Origin: Camelus dromedarius
Taxonomy: Eukaryota
Assembly: GCF_036321535.1 (NCBI RefSeq)
Contig: NC_087437.1
Coordinates: forward strand, 89,778,001-89,842,000
Reading direction: 5' to 3'
DNA: 64,000 nt
Shown here: one piece after another, positions 1 to 13,531 of the stretch
Layout: each line of letters begins with the position of its first letter
Numbering within the stretch: the first letter of the stretch is position 1
The notes under the pieces: generated by a model
The model's database searches: none
The model's input: only the letters and a program-made list of their open reading frames with translations
What the model was told of the DNA's origin: nothing
Made by a program: the position numbers and the translations under genes

Positions 1-1578
1 GTGCTTCTCAAAGTGCTAGTTACAAACTTTCTTACTAGCAAAGAGATAACTACAGAAGTTGAGAATAAATGCTTAGAAACTTTTACAGTAACCTGACATT
101 GCCATGACTTCCAAGCATGTGATCTCTGTCAATAAATTTGGTTTGTACCTTAAGTTTTCTGTAGATTGGCATGCCACGATGTCAGGGAAACATTTTGGAG
201 TAATCTGATTAAAGGAGCTAATGCAGACCATAAACTAATGTACTGCTTCTTTCATCAAAAAAAGTCTTGCTATACAATAAAGACAAATCAGCCATCAGGG
301 ATTATAGCAGTGTAGTAAAATTTTCAAATTATCTTAAAGCTAATGCATTAAGTGCAAAATTATTCTCTTTTTCATCTGACAAGATAGAAGTTTATTATAG
401 ACAACTCTACTGCACACCAAGGCAAAAGCTATAGCTTGAAAACTTCTGTTGAAAATGTCTGAACAACAAAAAAGCTCTTGCTTCTACAAGATAAGAAACC
501 AGCCCATTCTCACATTTTATATATGTGAGTTAGACAGCCAGCCTTCTTTATTTGTCTGATATATTTGGTGTCTTTGATAGTCTTAATACTTCCTGCAAGG
601 AAGAAATGCAACATGTTTTGCAATGGCAGGTAAGGTGAAAGGGCAAAACAAAAGTCAGAAGCTTAAAATAATTGTAGAAAATCTATTCTTTTAAGACATG
701 ATCTATAAATTAAGTACAATTATTAGTGAAATATGTGATAATCTTGATATTGCTCATTTGCAAAAAAGTGATCACAGACTATCCTACAATACTGAAAGGA
801 CATTTTGAATTGTATGTCTCATCAAAAAAGAGCCACACATAGAAACTCATAGATCCTGAAGCGATATCTTCTATCAAAAATTTATTTAACTATAACGTCA
901 CAGGATAAATACTGGAACTGGCTAGTAAGAAAGGATTGAAAATGAATTTTGAACCTACCGTAAAACTTGCCTTATTTTGGATAAAAGTTTAAAATGATTC
1001 TCTTAAGACTGCTTCAAAATTGCTTCAAAATCTCTTCCATTTCTGCCAACATACTTGTCTGAGATTCATTTCTCTACTCTAAGTACTATTAATATAAAAC
1101 ATGGAAGCAGTTTAGATTATACATTATTCCCTGCAAAAAAATGCTACAGCCAATTGAAGGAGATGAGATAAATTAATGAGGAAGCACATGTCACATTAAA
1201 ATATTTTAATAATTGATATATACGATGTTCATTCAAAGTGTGCATATAGATTGTTAATATGAACAATTACTATTTATTCTGTAAAGTTTTGTTTTGTTCT
1301 GATTACAGGATAACAAAACAATTACAAGGATAATAATAATTCTCTGTACTATTCCCAATACACCCATACTCAATGAACACACACAATTTTGTAATGCTGT
1401 TCTGTTTTCATTTGCTATGTTTGTAAAACGTAATAATGAAAAGTCAGGACTTTCATTTTGTATGCTTTAGTATTTCATTTGCTAATAATCCATTTTTATT
1501 GTACTTTACAGAAGTATGACTCGGGCTTTATTTAGAGAAAACAGACGGCCCTCACTGCCGATGACGTGAGAAGCGCTG
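1..1578 (+). mobile_element. hAT-Charlie (Buster-like) DNA transposon, internally deleted, with decayed transposase C-terminus
   Basis: Terminal inverted repeats gtgcttctca (1-10, cut by the window edge) and tgagaagcgctg (1567-1578). Readable peptide remnants VVKFSNYLKANALSAKLFSF (312-371) and KSLPFLPTYLSEIHFSTLSTINIKHGSSLD (from 1028) resemble the hAT transposase core and dimerisation domain. Many frameshifts and stops. Confidence 0.9.
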
Positions 1579-2519
1579 ACTGGGCTCCACGAAGGAGGCA
1601 GTTTGTTAGCTGTGGTCACTATTGCAGCTCCACACCCAAGATCTTGCCCTGAAAGTTACAGGAGGCACATCCTCTGACTCACTCTGCATGCAACCAGAAC
1701 AAATTGCTCCCCTCCCTCCTACTTCCTATAGCAAAACTGGATTAAGCTAAGGGAAGATAAAGATTTAGGGAGTGTTTTGCTCTGTTTATGGCTGTTCTTG
1801 CTCTCACTTTATTTTCTTCAGTGATAGGAGGGAACTTAACCTAAGAGTAGGGAGTGGATGGTTCAGTCCCATAAAAGGTTGGAGATGTTCTAAGAAGCTT
1901 CCATGGATGTCCAGGGCCAACTTGGGAATGATCTCCTGCCACTTCCATGGCCTTCTGGTAGATGTCATTTCCCTAGCAGGGTACCAATGTCTGAACCTCC
2001 TCTCTCTGACCTTGACATCTCCCTGGGAAAGAGGACAAAGTATCCCACCTGGCTATAAGGATTTTGAGGGTTAAGTAAGACAAGGAAGGGCACCCTTAAG
2101 GTAGAGAACCTCATCTAAAACACTTACATGTGTGAAGAAACATGGTTTATGCAAAGAACCACAATAGCATCAATTTACTTTCTGGATAAGTATAATATAT
2201 ATAAACATCAAAGGAAGCAAATGAAAGTTGGGATGTTTGCAACTGTTAAATTGCAAAGAAAATACTAATCAGCTTTCAATTCTATCACTATATGTTTTTC
2301 AGAATTATTCCACAGGCCAAATGCTGTAATAAATGGAAAGTAGGGGAAAAAAAGGAAAAGAGTATTCAAATTCATGATTCAAATAGGCATTCCTCCTCAC
2401 CTCCTTAACCTGTTGTTAGTGATGGACTCCAGGGTGCATTTCTTTGACCACTTTCCCCCAGAACCTCTTGGCAGAACCATCCACTCTGATGACACATGCC
2501 CACTCTATGTTTAAGGTCT

Positions 2520-3534
2520 TCAACTTGAACCAGTCCCTCGATTCCAGGCTATATACCTAATTGCTTATTATATAACCCCCTCTTGTATGTGTAATAAACT
2601 TAATGTAATAAAGCCAAATCCAAATCTTCCCCAAAACAGTCACCACCCCCATTGCCTGCAATCTTGTCCATCTTCTTTTCAAGTCCACTATTTCAGGTGT
2701 TCAAACCAAAAGCCTAGAAGTGACTCCTCTTTCTCTCTTCTACCCCACACTCTTGCCATCAGTTAGTCAAAATACTTTCAAATACGCAGACTTCCATTTA
2801 CTCTCCTCACCTTCATTGCTATGTATCTGGTCCAAACCAGCTTCATCTTTCACCTGGTTTATTCACACTGGCTTCCTAACTGGTCTCTCTGCTTCTGATC
2901 CCACCCCACCCCCTACCCACCATAGTCTGTTCTCCCCATAATAGCCAGAGTGATACTGGTAAAATGTGCAAAAGACAATGTCACTGTTCTGCTCAATACC
3001 CTCCAATGGTTTCGCATCTTACCCAGAGAAAAAGCCAGAATCCTTCAGTGGCCAACAAGGTCCCACCTGCTCACACTCCCCACATCCTTACCTTTCTACC
3101 TTCAAAGCCTCTCTTCTCCCATTCACTCTGATCAGTACACACTGGCTAAGCCCTTCTTCAAACATGCTCAGAGCTTTCATTTCAGGCTGCTCCTCTGTTC
3201 TGCTCACGCCCAGAAACAGTAGCACATTTAGCTCTTTATTCTCTTTTGGGTATTTGCTTCCATGTCACTTCCTTAATGAGGCTCTCCCTCAGACATTATT
3301 TAAAACGGCACTTCCTCTCTCCCTCTTAAATGTTTTTCCTTCAAAGAATTCATCACCCTTGGACAAACTATGTATGTATGTATTTATTTCACTACTGGCC
3401 AGTTTCCTCCTACTTGAACGTAAGTTGCATGAGGGCAGAGTTTTGCCTGTTTTGTCCTCTGCTACATCCAAAATGCTGAGAACAACTCCTGGCAAAAAGC
3501 AGTTCAGTAAGTGTTCCTGAATAAATGACTGAAT
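2520..3534 (+). mobile_element. LINE-2 3' fragment
   Basis: L2 motifs (agccagagtgat, gtcactgttctgctcaataccctccaatgg, gtaagttgcatgagggcag) ending in gaataaatgactgaat. Confidence 0.85.
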
Positions 3535-4403
3535 CTTAATTTTACTTTTAATGAGCATGTAGTGTCAAATTGTAAAGATACAGTAAATGAATGTCTGCTA
3601 ATTTATTTTGAGTCTATAATCTTAGGACCCCTTAGGAACTGAGAATTAAAATTAATTTCCTTTGTCATATCTTCTCTGACATAAATAGATGGTGGTAGAT
3701 TAATAATATAATCAATCGTGTGGCTACTCAAAATTAGATTCCTTTGCTCCTGGTTTGAAGACTAGAAATTAATTTTTGGTTGACCAAGCCTAGACAATTC
3801 CTTGCTTGAATACCTTTTGAATATATTATTTCTATTTCCTTAGCTCTCTTTTTGGTCCAGGTCATCATCACATCACACCTTAGCTGCTAAAATCATTTTT
3901 ATTTTATTTTCACCTTTCTATACTCGAAGCCTCCCTTCCCCATAGCTGTTCAAGTACTAAATTTTTTTCTTTCATTTCTCTAATTTTAAAAGGATGTATA
4001 CTATAGCTGATGTGCTCAGGCAGGAAACAAAAGTAGAAATGTGGCTACTGAAAGGCAGAAGCACAGTTATTTGTAGACAATGCAGGGTAGTATAATGAGA
4101 AACTCCAAAAGAAGTTTAAAACACTACTAGGACTAGTCAGAGAGTATTTAGTGAGGAGGTAAAACCAAAATAGAAATATGCATTTTGATTTGCTAGATAT
4201 CCAGTGACTATATAGAAAGAGGCAAAGAAATCAGTTCAAGTAGCTGCCAGCGTTGGGGTATCAGGACTGGTTTTCATTCCTGTTCTATGCCACTCTGCCA
4301 CACAGACTCAGTGGCAGCTCTGTAGGAGAGAGAGCCTCAAGCTCTCTTTATGAAAATCTCATACTGCAAGAGCTCACACTCAGCATAAGAAGAAGTGAGA
4401 CAG

Positions 4404-4582
4404 AGGCACAAACTACTGTGTAAAATGTACAAGCTACAAGAATATATTGTACAGTACAGGGAATATAGTCAATATTTTACAGTAACTTTAAGTGGAGTAT
4501 AATCTATACAAATATTGAATCACTGTGTTGTACATTTGAACCTAATATAATAAATCAACTACACTTCAATAAAAAATCACGA
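4404..4582 (+). mobile_element. Short 5'-truncated L1 3' end with target-site duplication
   Basis: L1 3'UTR text (acagggaatatagtcaatatttt...aaatcaactacacttcaataaaaaa), flanked by aagaagtgagacag (4390-4403) and aagaagtgaggcag (4583-4596), 13/14 identical. Confidence 0.85.
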
Positions 4583-5109
4583 AAGAAGTGAGGCAGGGAG
4601 GACAGGGAAAGAACTCCCTTTCCCTCCTAGGTTCTCTCCTCCTAACTTGTCATCCTTCCCCCAAAGCCTTTAGGGTAGCAACTCAGCCTCCAAATTAGAA
4701 ACCTTCATTGCACTTCACCTTCAACACAGGTACAGCACCTAGGAAATGGTGAAGCTAAATACTGCCATTTAAATACAGGGCCTCTGGCCTATGTTCCATT
4801 ATCTAAAAGGCCTATTCCAGGTATTTACCCATTGACAGCCACTGTCAGTCTAAGGGTAGTACTGAAGATCTCAACTTCCTGTTAGATAGAAACTGTTTAA
4901 GTCTTCAACGGCAGACTTTTGTTTTGGTTTTTATTTCATTTGATGTTACAGCATCAGTTTTCCAACATTTCAAAAAGCACAAAACAAACTCTGAGAAGAG
5001 TTTCAGCCTGTACACCTGGACAGCAGCGGGTGGCCCTTCACAACCCATTGGCCTCAAGAGGCCTACAAGGTGGAACTGAGATTGGTTTATGCAATTAGTC
5101 CGGGTCAAT

Positions 5110-5180
5110 TCAAGATCATGCACAAATCCATGGTGAAACTGGGATTCAAATGCAGCTGTCCTGACTACAAAGTCTGTAAA
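5110..5180 (-). mobile_element. MIR fragment
   Basis: ctgggattcaaatgcagctgtcctgactacaaagtc resembles the reverse complement of the MIR 5' region. Confidence 0.55.
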
Positions 5181-7189
5181 TTTCAACAAACCAATCTATC
5201 TATAATGTCTGCAAAATTTCATGAGGTCGGGTTCTAAGTTACATAGAAATCAGTGACAAATAACCAATGATAATTTCCACAAAACAATATAATTACTGGT
5301 CCCCGAAGATACTTTTATCATAATTCACAATTTAGGAAAAATCTCATTCAATCTCACATCATGCAATTTTCAGCATTAAAATACAGGTGGGCTATATGTA
5401 TCTGAAAGGGTTTTGCAAGTCCAAACACAATATGTTACATCTATATTCATAATAGTATCATTCTTTCTAAATTACTACCATTCTTTCTAAGATGTAAAAG
5501 TGAGTATCATAGAACAGGCAGTCCAATCACTCAGCATTTCTCCTCCCCATTTTCCATTTGTCTCGAGTCCACCTACCACTCTCAATATAAATAGCTGTAA
5601 AACCGAAGCCTTCATTCTCACAAACACCCACGCTTCAGCACCAAAATACCACTGCTTCCTACATTTCACAGTGCTGCAAAATGCTCATTCACTGTTGTTT
5701 CAAAGAATCGCTCACAAGATCCTGCTGGGACTAAAGCAATAATAAATTAAGGAAAATAGAGTACTTACACTAATTTATAACTCTTCATGCTCACACAATA
5801 TAAAACAATACATTAAAAATATTTATTTGGGAACAGGTATTTCTCAGTTGTTTTATTTTGTTTCAATTGTGGAGAAATGTTACCTGAAGAGCTACGGGAG
5901 AGAAGAGAAAGATTCAGCATTTGTAAATATAGGAAATATCTAAAATAATTGAAGAAAACCAAGTGAATAAATTGAAAGGATCATACTCATTAACTTTTTA
6001 AACCACAATAAATTCATAATTTAATAGTCTTTTAATTAGTACTGCCATTAATGAATGGCTGTGTGTGTTTCTATTTCTACTTTTTGGTACTTAGACCAAT
6101 ATTTCCAAGTTACTTATTAAAAAAAGCTTCTTGGGATCAAAAAGAGGCTGTACTTATTAGGGGTATCCAAGTAATGATATTTAAAATGAGGTTTCTTACT
6201 CATTTTGTACTTCATGTTACGGTTATTTTCACAGAAAATATTCTGTCAAGTGAGAAGAATATTCTGCATGGATTCTACATAGTGAGCCTATTGACTAGAA
6301 CCTTCATTGAAAGTAGAAGATGAAAATTATATTATTGCTGGGCTCAGTGGCCACACACCCCTAGTTATACCTTAAAGCACAGTAGAGGCACCTTGTATAA
6401 GCTTAAGTGATCCATTTCTCCTGGGAATTTAACTCTAGAACAGAGAAGTTCAGTGGACTCTAAATTTTTGAGTAAAATGACTTTTATGTCAGGATTCTAG
6501 CACTATTTTATCAGCCTCAAACTCAAAAAAATCAGTACCATTTCTACAATGTAGATTCACATAGGGTTATGACTCTCAAAGTTTGGTGTAAAATATTAAG
6601 AAAAACATAAAATGGGAAAACACACTAAAATTAAATAGTGAAACTATAAACACTATGTTTAATCTAAAATAGAATTATATCAGTCTGAATCAAAATTATG
6701 TAATTATAAATAGAATTAAACTTATACTTTATGGACAGTATTTTTTGATACTGTTAAGATTTTCCTATGGAACTATAACACTGATGCTGTTTTGAAGTGA
6801 ACTTACTTAAAAAATGTTAGATTAAATTCTCCATGGTCTCTGTGCTGATTAAAAGGCTATTCAACATAGATACTGTATCAGTATTTCAAAAGGAAATCAG
6901 GTCCCTGTATAGTACTTGCTATTTCTTATATTAGACAAATGGTACATAATAGTTTACTTACAATTATTTCATTAAAATATTATCAAAAAGGTATGTTTTC
7001 AGTTATGTATATTTTCAAGTCAGATTATTTTTTCCTAGGTTCATTTAGGATATATTTATCCTTTATTTGGGCATTCTGCATCTTCTACAATGAGTCTTAT
7101 TATGCGGCAGGCAGAATTACATTTATCTACTTGTAAAATGCTTGACCCAATACTTTCCCCCTATATCTGCCACCATTTCTACATATAGG

Positions 7190-7315
7190 CGATATATGAC
7201 AACTTGCTACTTGGGGGCAAAAACTCATGTTTTATTTATTTTAGTAGTTCCAATGCTCAGCATAATTCCTAGGACAGAGTAGTATTTCACAAATATGCAC
7301 AGAATTGAACTGAAA
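7190..7315 (+). mobile_element. LINE-2 3' tip
   Basis: ttccaatgctcagcataattcctaggacagagtagtatttcacaaatatg resembles the L2 terminus. Confidence 0.5.
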
Positions 7316-8669
7316 CTGACTTGGAAATCTTTTCAATAGCAATATGCTTAGATATTTAGATAAAGAACATTTACTTAGTGAAGTATGCTTTCTTTAATAA
7401 CTACTAATTCTAAAAGTTGAGGATCTGAAATGTCACAAAAGATATCAAGGCAATTCCCCAGAATCTGGTTGATGATTGCTTGCATTTTTTAAAATTGTTT
7501 TAGAAGATGAAAACAGATGGCATGATGCTGTTGACTATCCACCCAATCTGACTCTAGCCATCATCCCACTTCTACGGCCATGACCATAAGAAGTGGTACT
7601 CACCAGATGGTTTAAGATCATCGAAATCACTGCTATGTACTGACTCTGTGTGTCTTACAGACATACAAACATATTTGTAAAATATATGCCCAGAAACATA
7701 CATGATTAGACACTAAAGGAAATCTAATTTTAATCAGGACAACCTGTCTTTCAAGTAGCTCTATTCAACATAGAATGGGCTCCTCAAAAATCAACATGCT
7801 ACAGCAACTGCAAACAACCTAGCACAACGCTTATCACATGGCACACGGTCAATTATTTAATGAATGAAAGATTGAATAAAAACATGTTAATCATCAGAAA
7901 GTAATAAAATGTTTTGGTGTTGCAGAAATAACTTTTCTCTTTATGAGGTTTTGCTACAAAAATGTTAGTGAATGGCAATGTGAAATAACTAAGAGGATTT
8001 AATTCAAGAATTTGGTCATTTTCACAGAGGTAATTGATTTATTTGTGGTAAATTTTATTTTTATTTTTAAATAAAAACATTACAAAAAATAAGGTAAAAA
8101 GTAGTAATATCAGTGAAAACTAACTTCTCTAAAATATAATATCAAGTATGGGAATTATGCTGAATTCTAAACTTTCTTAAACATTAAAGTTTGTGGAAAG
8201 CATTAGACACATATTTGTGGCTTTGAATGTCAAAGTTTCAAATCTTGATGCTGTTATAGATACCATATAATTAATACAACTTACAATGTATATGATTATA
8301 TTTTTCTTCAGGTTGCTAGGTTTTAGCATAAAGAGATAAAGGTAGGAATCACACAATGTACAACTGAAAATTTTCCTTCTGCTTAGTGAGAATTTACAAT
8401 AATGGCTTTATCATTAGCAGACTAAGTGAAAGCAAATTATTTTTGTAAGAAATTTAATAGCACACAGTTCAAAATATGTATTAAAACTGAGGGATATAAC
8501 ACTGAAACAAGTAATGTGTTTCAGAAAAGGGCTGAGTGTTGCAACTTATTTCTCCCAAAAAGAAGTAATCCAATTGAAGGTAGTTGTGAACACAGAGTGA
8601 CATAAGGTTTCTGATGGTAATTATCTTTACTGAAAATTGGACAGGGAGAAATATCTATTTATGCTCGGT

Positions 8670-9110
8670 AAATTGTACTGGTTACCTTCTGCTTATATTC
8701 CAGACCCATTATCTTCCTTGGCCTTTGCCCCGGGAGACTAAACTACCCAGGATTCCTTGACCTATGGTTTCCATTTGGGCTCTGCCCATGGGAAGCATTG
8801 ATAAGAGATCAGAAGGTAGGAGGAAAGAGGAGTCAATTTACATATTTCCACACACCCCTCCTTCCTAACCAGCCTCAGCTTCTCACCAGAAGCCTGTTCC
8901 CAAAATGGTAGCTTTTGCTCCCTCTGTCACCCTTTCAGGCCTACTACTGATTGCCTACTGTTACTACTGGTTTCCTACTGTTCCTAGCTCCTGGATGCCA
9001 CATCATCTTGACTAGTTTCCTTAATTAAGCCTGTACATCTGTAAATAGTGTGTTCATACGTCATTAACTCAAGTGTATCATTTATTTCCTAGTGGGAACC
9101 TGATTTCTAC
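8670..9110 (+). mobile_element. ERVL solo LTR (LTR33-like)
   Basis: Motifs ctttgccccgggagact, gagatcagaaggtaggaggaaagagg and tgtaaatagt...tttcctagtgggaacctgat. Confidence 0.65.
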
Positions 9111-10978
9111 TCATTTAATATGGATGCACTTGCTAACAAATCTGCTAATACATATTAAATTATTTGCATGATGTGGTTAAAATATGAGCTAAAGTGTGTT
9201 CAGGTGATCTGTCATTGAGAGGGTGACTTTGGAGTAAAGACCTAAAAGAAGTGATAATTCCCACAGGAAAAGTAAAATAAATAAATAAATAAATAAGTAA
9301 CAACAAACTCCCAAAAAGCAATAAAATGAAGTCCTTATCAGAATGATACAGCATGAAGTGAATTAGGCTTGTCTTAAGAAAATTCACATCTTATCATTAT
9401 TTTGTCATTTACTACTTGAGTTATTCAAGTCTGCAAATCTCAGTTTCTTCATATATAAAAGGGGAAAACCGACCTTTCAGGGTTCCTGCGAATCCCACAA
9501 GAAAAGGTAAACATGTTGAGTGATTTAAAACTTTTAGACTAATGTGTAACTGCAAGTTTTCATCACTGATTTCATGTCCTGATTGTAACTTTTACATGTT
9601 ATCTGATTTTTCCTAAGAAAGCAAAAAGGAGGGTGATATTGGCCACCTTAATATCTGCTTTACTGAGTTAATCTTCGCTATTTTAAAGGCTGTCACATTG
9701 ATTGAAACCAGTTGTGGGACTAGATGCTGTCAGGTGACATTGGTTGGCATGGAGCCAGGAGAACGTGTACTTTCATTTCAGGTTCATCTCATTTTTCTTC
9801 TCTTTATCACTGCTTGTTTGAGGGAACCCTACTTATGTTCTTCCTCTCTCTCTGTCCCCAGTATTAGTGTAACACTATCAGCAGAATAATTGGATAATTA
9901 ACACCAGTGATTTTTGGCTATGCCCTTAATAAAAATTTATTTTCATTCCCTCAAGAATAAAATTTCCTTCAGGAAATTTTTGAGATTCACTGAAGCATAA
10001 TTCAAAAAAGCAAAACTATTATAAAGAAGAGATATCAGAAAAAAAAAGTCATGTATTTAACATTTTGATATAAAAACAAACACAAGCACACACAGATACG
10101 TCTGTTAAATGCACACACTGTGCACTCCTGGAAATGTTTGTTCAAAGTATTTTCTGTCAATAATAGGAAGGAACTGAAGTGTTCTTTCCTGAGCATTAAG
10201 TGATCAGATTGTATAATTTCAGTTGTTTTTTCCCCATACCTGCAGAGAAACAGACACAATGATCTAATCGATTTTTTTAAAAAAATTTTATTGCCAAATA
10301 CCACACAGCATTCATGTGGTGTTTCAATGAACTCGCTTCCTTACTCTCTCATTCTCCCTACTCTATTCCAAATGCTTACCTACTATTTATAACAGATGTG
10401 GTAACAATTGTGTAAAAAGAAAGAGAAGCAGCCCATAACAAGTGAATGTTGCTTTAGCTACATTTGTTCTAGGTCCCTCTGACCCATAAGACCTGTAAAT
10501 TTTCCTCTTAATTTTTATTTTCTATTTAGATTTATAGGTTCTTAAGTGCTATAGAACAAATTCTTCCGACAGAAATCATGTGAAGATAAAATGGAATTGT
10601 AACTGAATAGCTACTTCATGGGTTGATGATTTCTTGTCTTCAGGTGCACACAAAGTAGAGAGGGAAATTGTTAAAAATGCAATTCTGATCCAAAGACCAG
10701 AGGATCTGATTTGGTGGGATATCAATGAGCCCCTTTTCATTCTCTGCCAGGTGATGTCAGAAACAGAATTAGAAGTCACATCTGACTCCCTGTCTCCTAC
10801 ACTACAATGTCCCCATCAAACCTGTGCAATTTAAACAGCAAAATTTCATGTACTGAATATTTGGTAGGTTTTTATGATGACCTGGGGTTTTCTCAGGTGG
10901 AAAATCCGTATTTTGCAGCCAAGGCTGGAATTGAACATGATCTATTTTGGCATCTAACAAGTGAATCATGGTCTCCAA

Positions 10979-11167
10979 CTATGCTTTTCAAATAGTAACC
11001 ATACATGGCTTTTGAGGACTTGAAACATGGCTGGTGTGACTAAAAAAACAATTTTAATTTTTTTAAAATTAAATGTAAGTATCCACCCGTGACTGCTGGC
11101 TACAGAATTGTTCTACCCAGATACAGAACACTGTCATCATCATGGAAAGTTCTACTGAGCAGTGCTG
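10979..11167. mobile_element. MER3/MER33-type non-autonomous hAT-Charlie element
   Basis: acttgaaacatggctggtgtgact core, AT-rich centre and terminal gaaagttctactgagcagtgctg. Confidence 0.8.
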
Positions 11168-11344
11168 ACTCTAATGCATCCCTCTGTCTTACTGTATGTC
11201 CATCTTCAAGAGTCTGAAAGGAACTGCTGCTCTTTAACTAAAAGGCAGCTGCCAAAATCAATGGCAGAGGCCACCTGGGTTATACTTAATGTGACCTGTG
11301 CCCAGGCACCTTTGTTCTCAGGAGCATTCTAGTTAAAACTAACA

Positions 11345-11455
11345 TATGCCACACCTGGATTCAAATCCCTTCATTGCTAGTCATTAGCTGAATGTCTGTG
11401 GACAAATTTCCTTGAGTGTTTGACCCTCATTTTCTCCCCTTGTACTTGGGGAAAG
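11345..11455 (+). mobile_element. MIR fragment
   Basis: cctggattcaaatccc...gacaaatttccttg...cctcattttctcc matches the MIR core. Confidence 0.6.
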
Positions 11456-13387
11456 GTACTGATCACATTAAATGTGCTGAAGGTAGCAAAGCCTGAATGC
11501 ACTGACCTCTTCTTTATTTTGCCTGAGTAAGAAATACACTATTAGCTTCACTGTAGCCAATTTCTCCTCCATCACCCCCAGATACCTATCTCCCTTGGGA
11601 AGAAATTCCTGAATATTCACATTTAACCTCCCTAACTCCTAAGAAAAGGGGTTCAGCTTAATTTTCCATTAGCTGATCATCAACTGCCCACTCTCTGCAT
11701 GCTTTACTATAGCTAATAATTCCAAGTAAACAGGAAAGGCTTATTCAATTCTAATTGAACCAATGGGCCACCATCGCAAGAGATCCTTGTTCAGTCCTCA
11801 CAGCCAGAATCCTTGGAGACCTCCAGGTAGCATAGAAGGCTACTTAGAAATGCCTCTTGGGGCTCATAGTGGCAGCAGCAATGTCAATGAGAAGCATTTG
11901 TTTTGTTGTTCTGGCCTTCTCTCCCCTCTTTGTCCCCCTCCTTTTCCCCCCTTCTCTCCCTCCCTTCCTTCCCTCCTTCTCATCACTCTATGTCAGTATA
12001 GAAATTAAAGCTCTGGGATATGGAACTCACGTGAGAACTGACTTGCTACATCCAAAGCTTCTCAACCTCAGCTGCATTTTTAATCTTTTGAGATGCAATT
12101 AAAACACTGCAATACAGCAAGCATACACCTGAAAGAGTCTGTTTGGAAAGCTCCTGAGAACAACTGGCAACGTAATTTGAGACAGAAATAAGAACAGAGC
12201 CATGGATGAAGCCTTTAAGTAGCAGCCACCTGTAGAAGCTGGTGAAATTAGTGACACAGACAACCTTTCATCTTCCCTATTGTTCTCCTGAGCAGCTGTC
12301 ACTTGCACAACACGTGTGGGTTACTCTAGTCATGCTAACCCACACTTAGCTTTCACACTTCGGCTCTGGCACAATTTAGCATGCTTGTTTGCTCGAAATT
12401 AGCCTTAGGATTGAGGAGATCTAGGCAGGTAAATGCAGACAAAAAGACGTTGTGGGGAAAACTGTGATATAGAATCTTCAGAAAGTGCTTTAATTTTCTA
12501 ACCCTTGCATTTGAAGGACATCAATGCCAAAGATCCCTTCTACTACAACATCACACAGGAACTGAACCAAGGACTTGAGAGGGATAGATAGATTGGGTTG
12601 CCATTTCTGAAAGGTTTCTTTATTCAATACTTTTCCTCATTCTGTTGCAACTGATGATTAGAACCACAATAGAATTAGAAAAAGTCCAATACCAAAAATA
12701 GAAACCTCCTACATCACACACACACACAGACGGGCTTTTTTCAACGTAGCTCTAAGCTGTTAAAACAATCGGGAAAGGCAAAAAATGAAATGAAGCAATG
12801 CATACTTCAACAATACATAGGGTCAGATGTATTTGGTGTTTTGTAGCAGTGTAAAGATTTGGGAACATTGCTAAATATCCCAAATATAACATGATGGGTT
12901 TTTCTCACCATGACTGTCCCACAGAAAAGAGGGACTTTCTAGAAATAAAGTCTTTATAAATATCATACTACAAGTTTCTCTCTCTTTTCTACGGGATAGA
13001 TGTATTGCTTGAAATACTCTGAATCAACTCTTGCTTCAGATATTCTATGGGGGATACCTTATAGAATCACTAAAAGAGAAGGCAAAGATATTTCATATAG
13101 ATTTTGGTTTTGTGTCTGAGTATTTGACCTCACCGTTGTAGATGTCACTGTAAACATGACTCAAATATCTCCTTAAAAAGCAGTACAATAAGTTGATATA
13201 TAATAGGAATCATTATTATACTCCTGCAGGATGAATGAACAAAAGTTTTTCCCATGCTACAAAAATGCATAGTTGTTGCTTGAGACGAATTTCTCATTGA
13301 TAGTATATTACATTTTCAAAAAAGTGCTGCTAAGCAAGATTATTGTGTTAAATGCAGGAGTGGAAAAAAGCAGTATTTCTAAATTAA

Positions 13388-13531
13388 TTTTTTTTATTAT
13401 TTGGTTGTTTTTTGGGGGGAGGTTAATTAGGTTTATTTATTATTATTATTTTTTAATGGAGGTACCAGGGATTGAACCCAAGACCTCATGTGTGCTAAGC
13501 ACTGCACTCTACCACTGAGCTATACCCTCCC
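13388..13531 (-). mobile_element. tRNA-derived SINE, camelid Vic-1 type
   Basis: Minus strand GGGAGGGTATAGCTCAGTGGTAGAG...GGGTTCAATCCCTGGTACCTCCA carries Pol III box A and box B, followed by an A-rich spacer, CCTAATTAACCTCCCCCC and an A-rich tail. Confidence 0.85.

Noticed and set aside
2966..3520. 184-aa ORF, the longest in the track
   Set aside because: Lies entirely within a decayed L2 3' region, with no protein-like features.
13455..13531. tRNA gene
   Set aside because: The tRNA-like head has poor stem pairing and is followed by a SINE body and tail.
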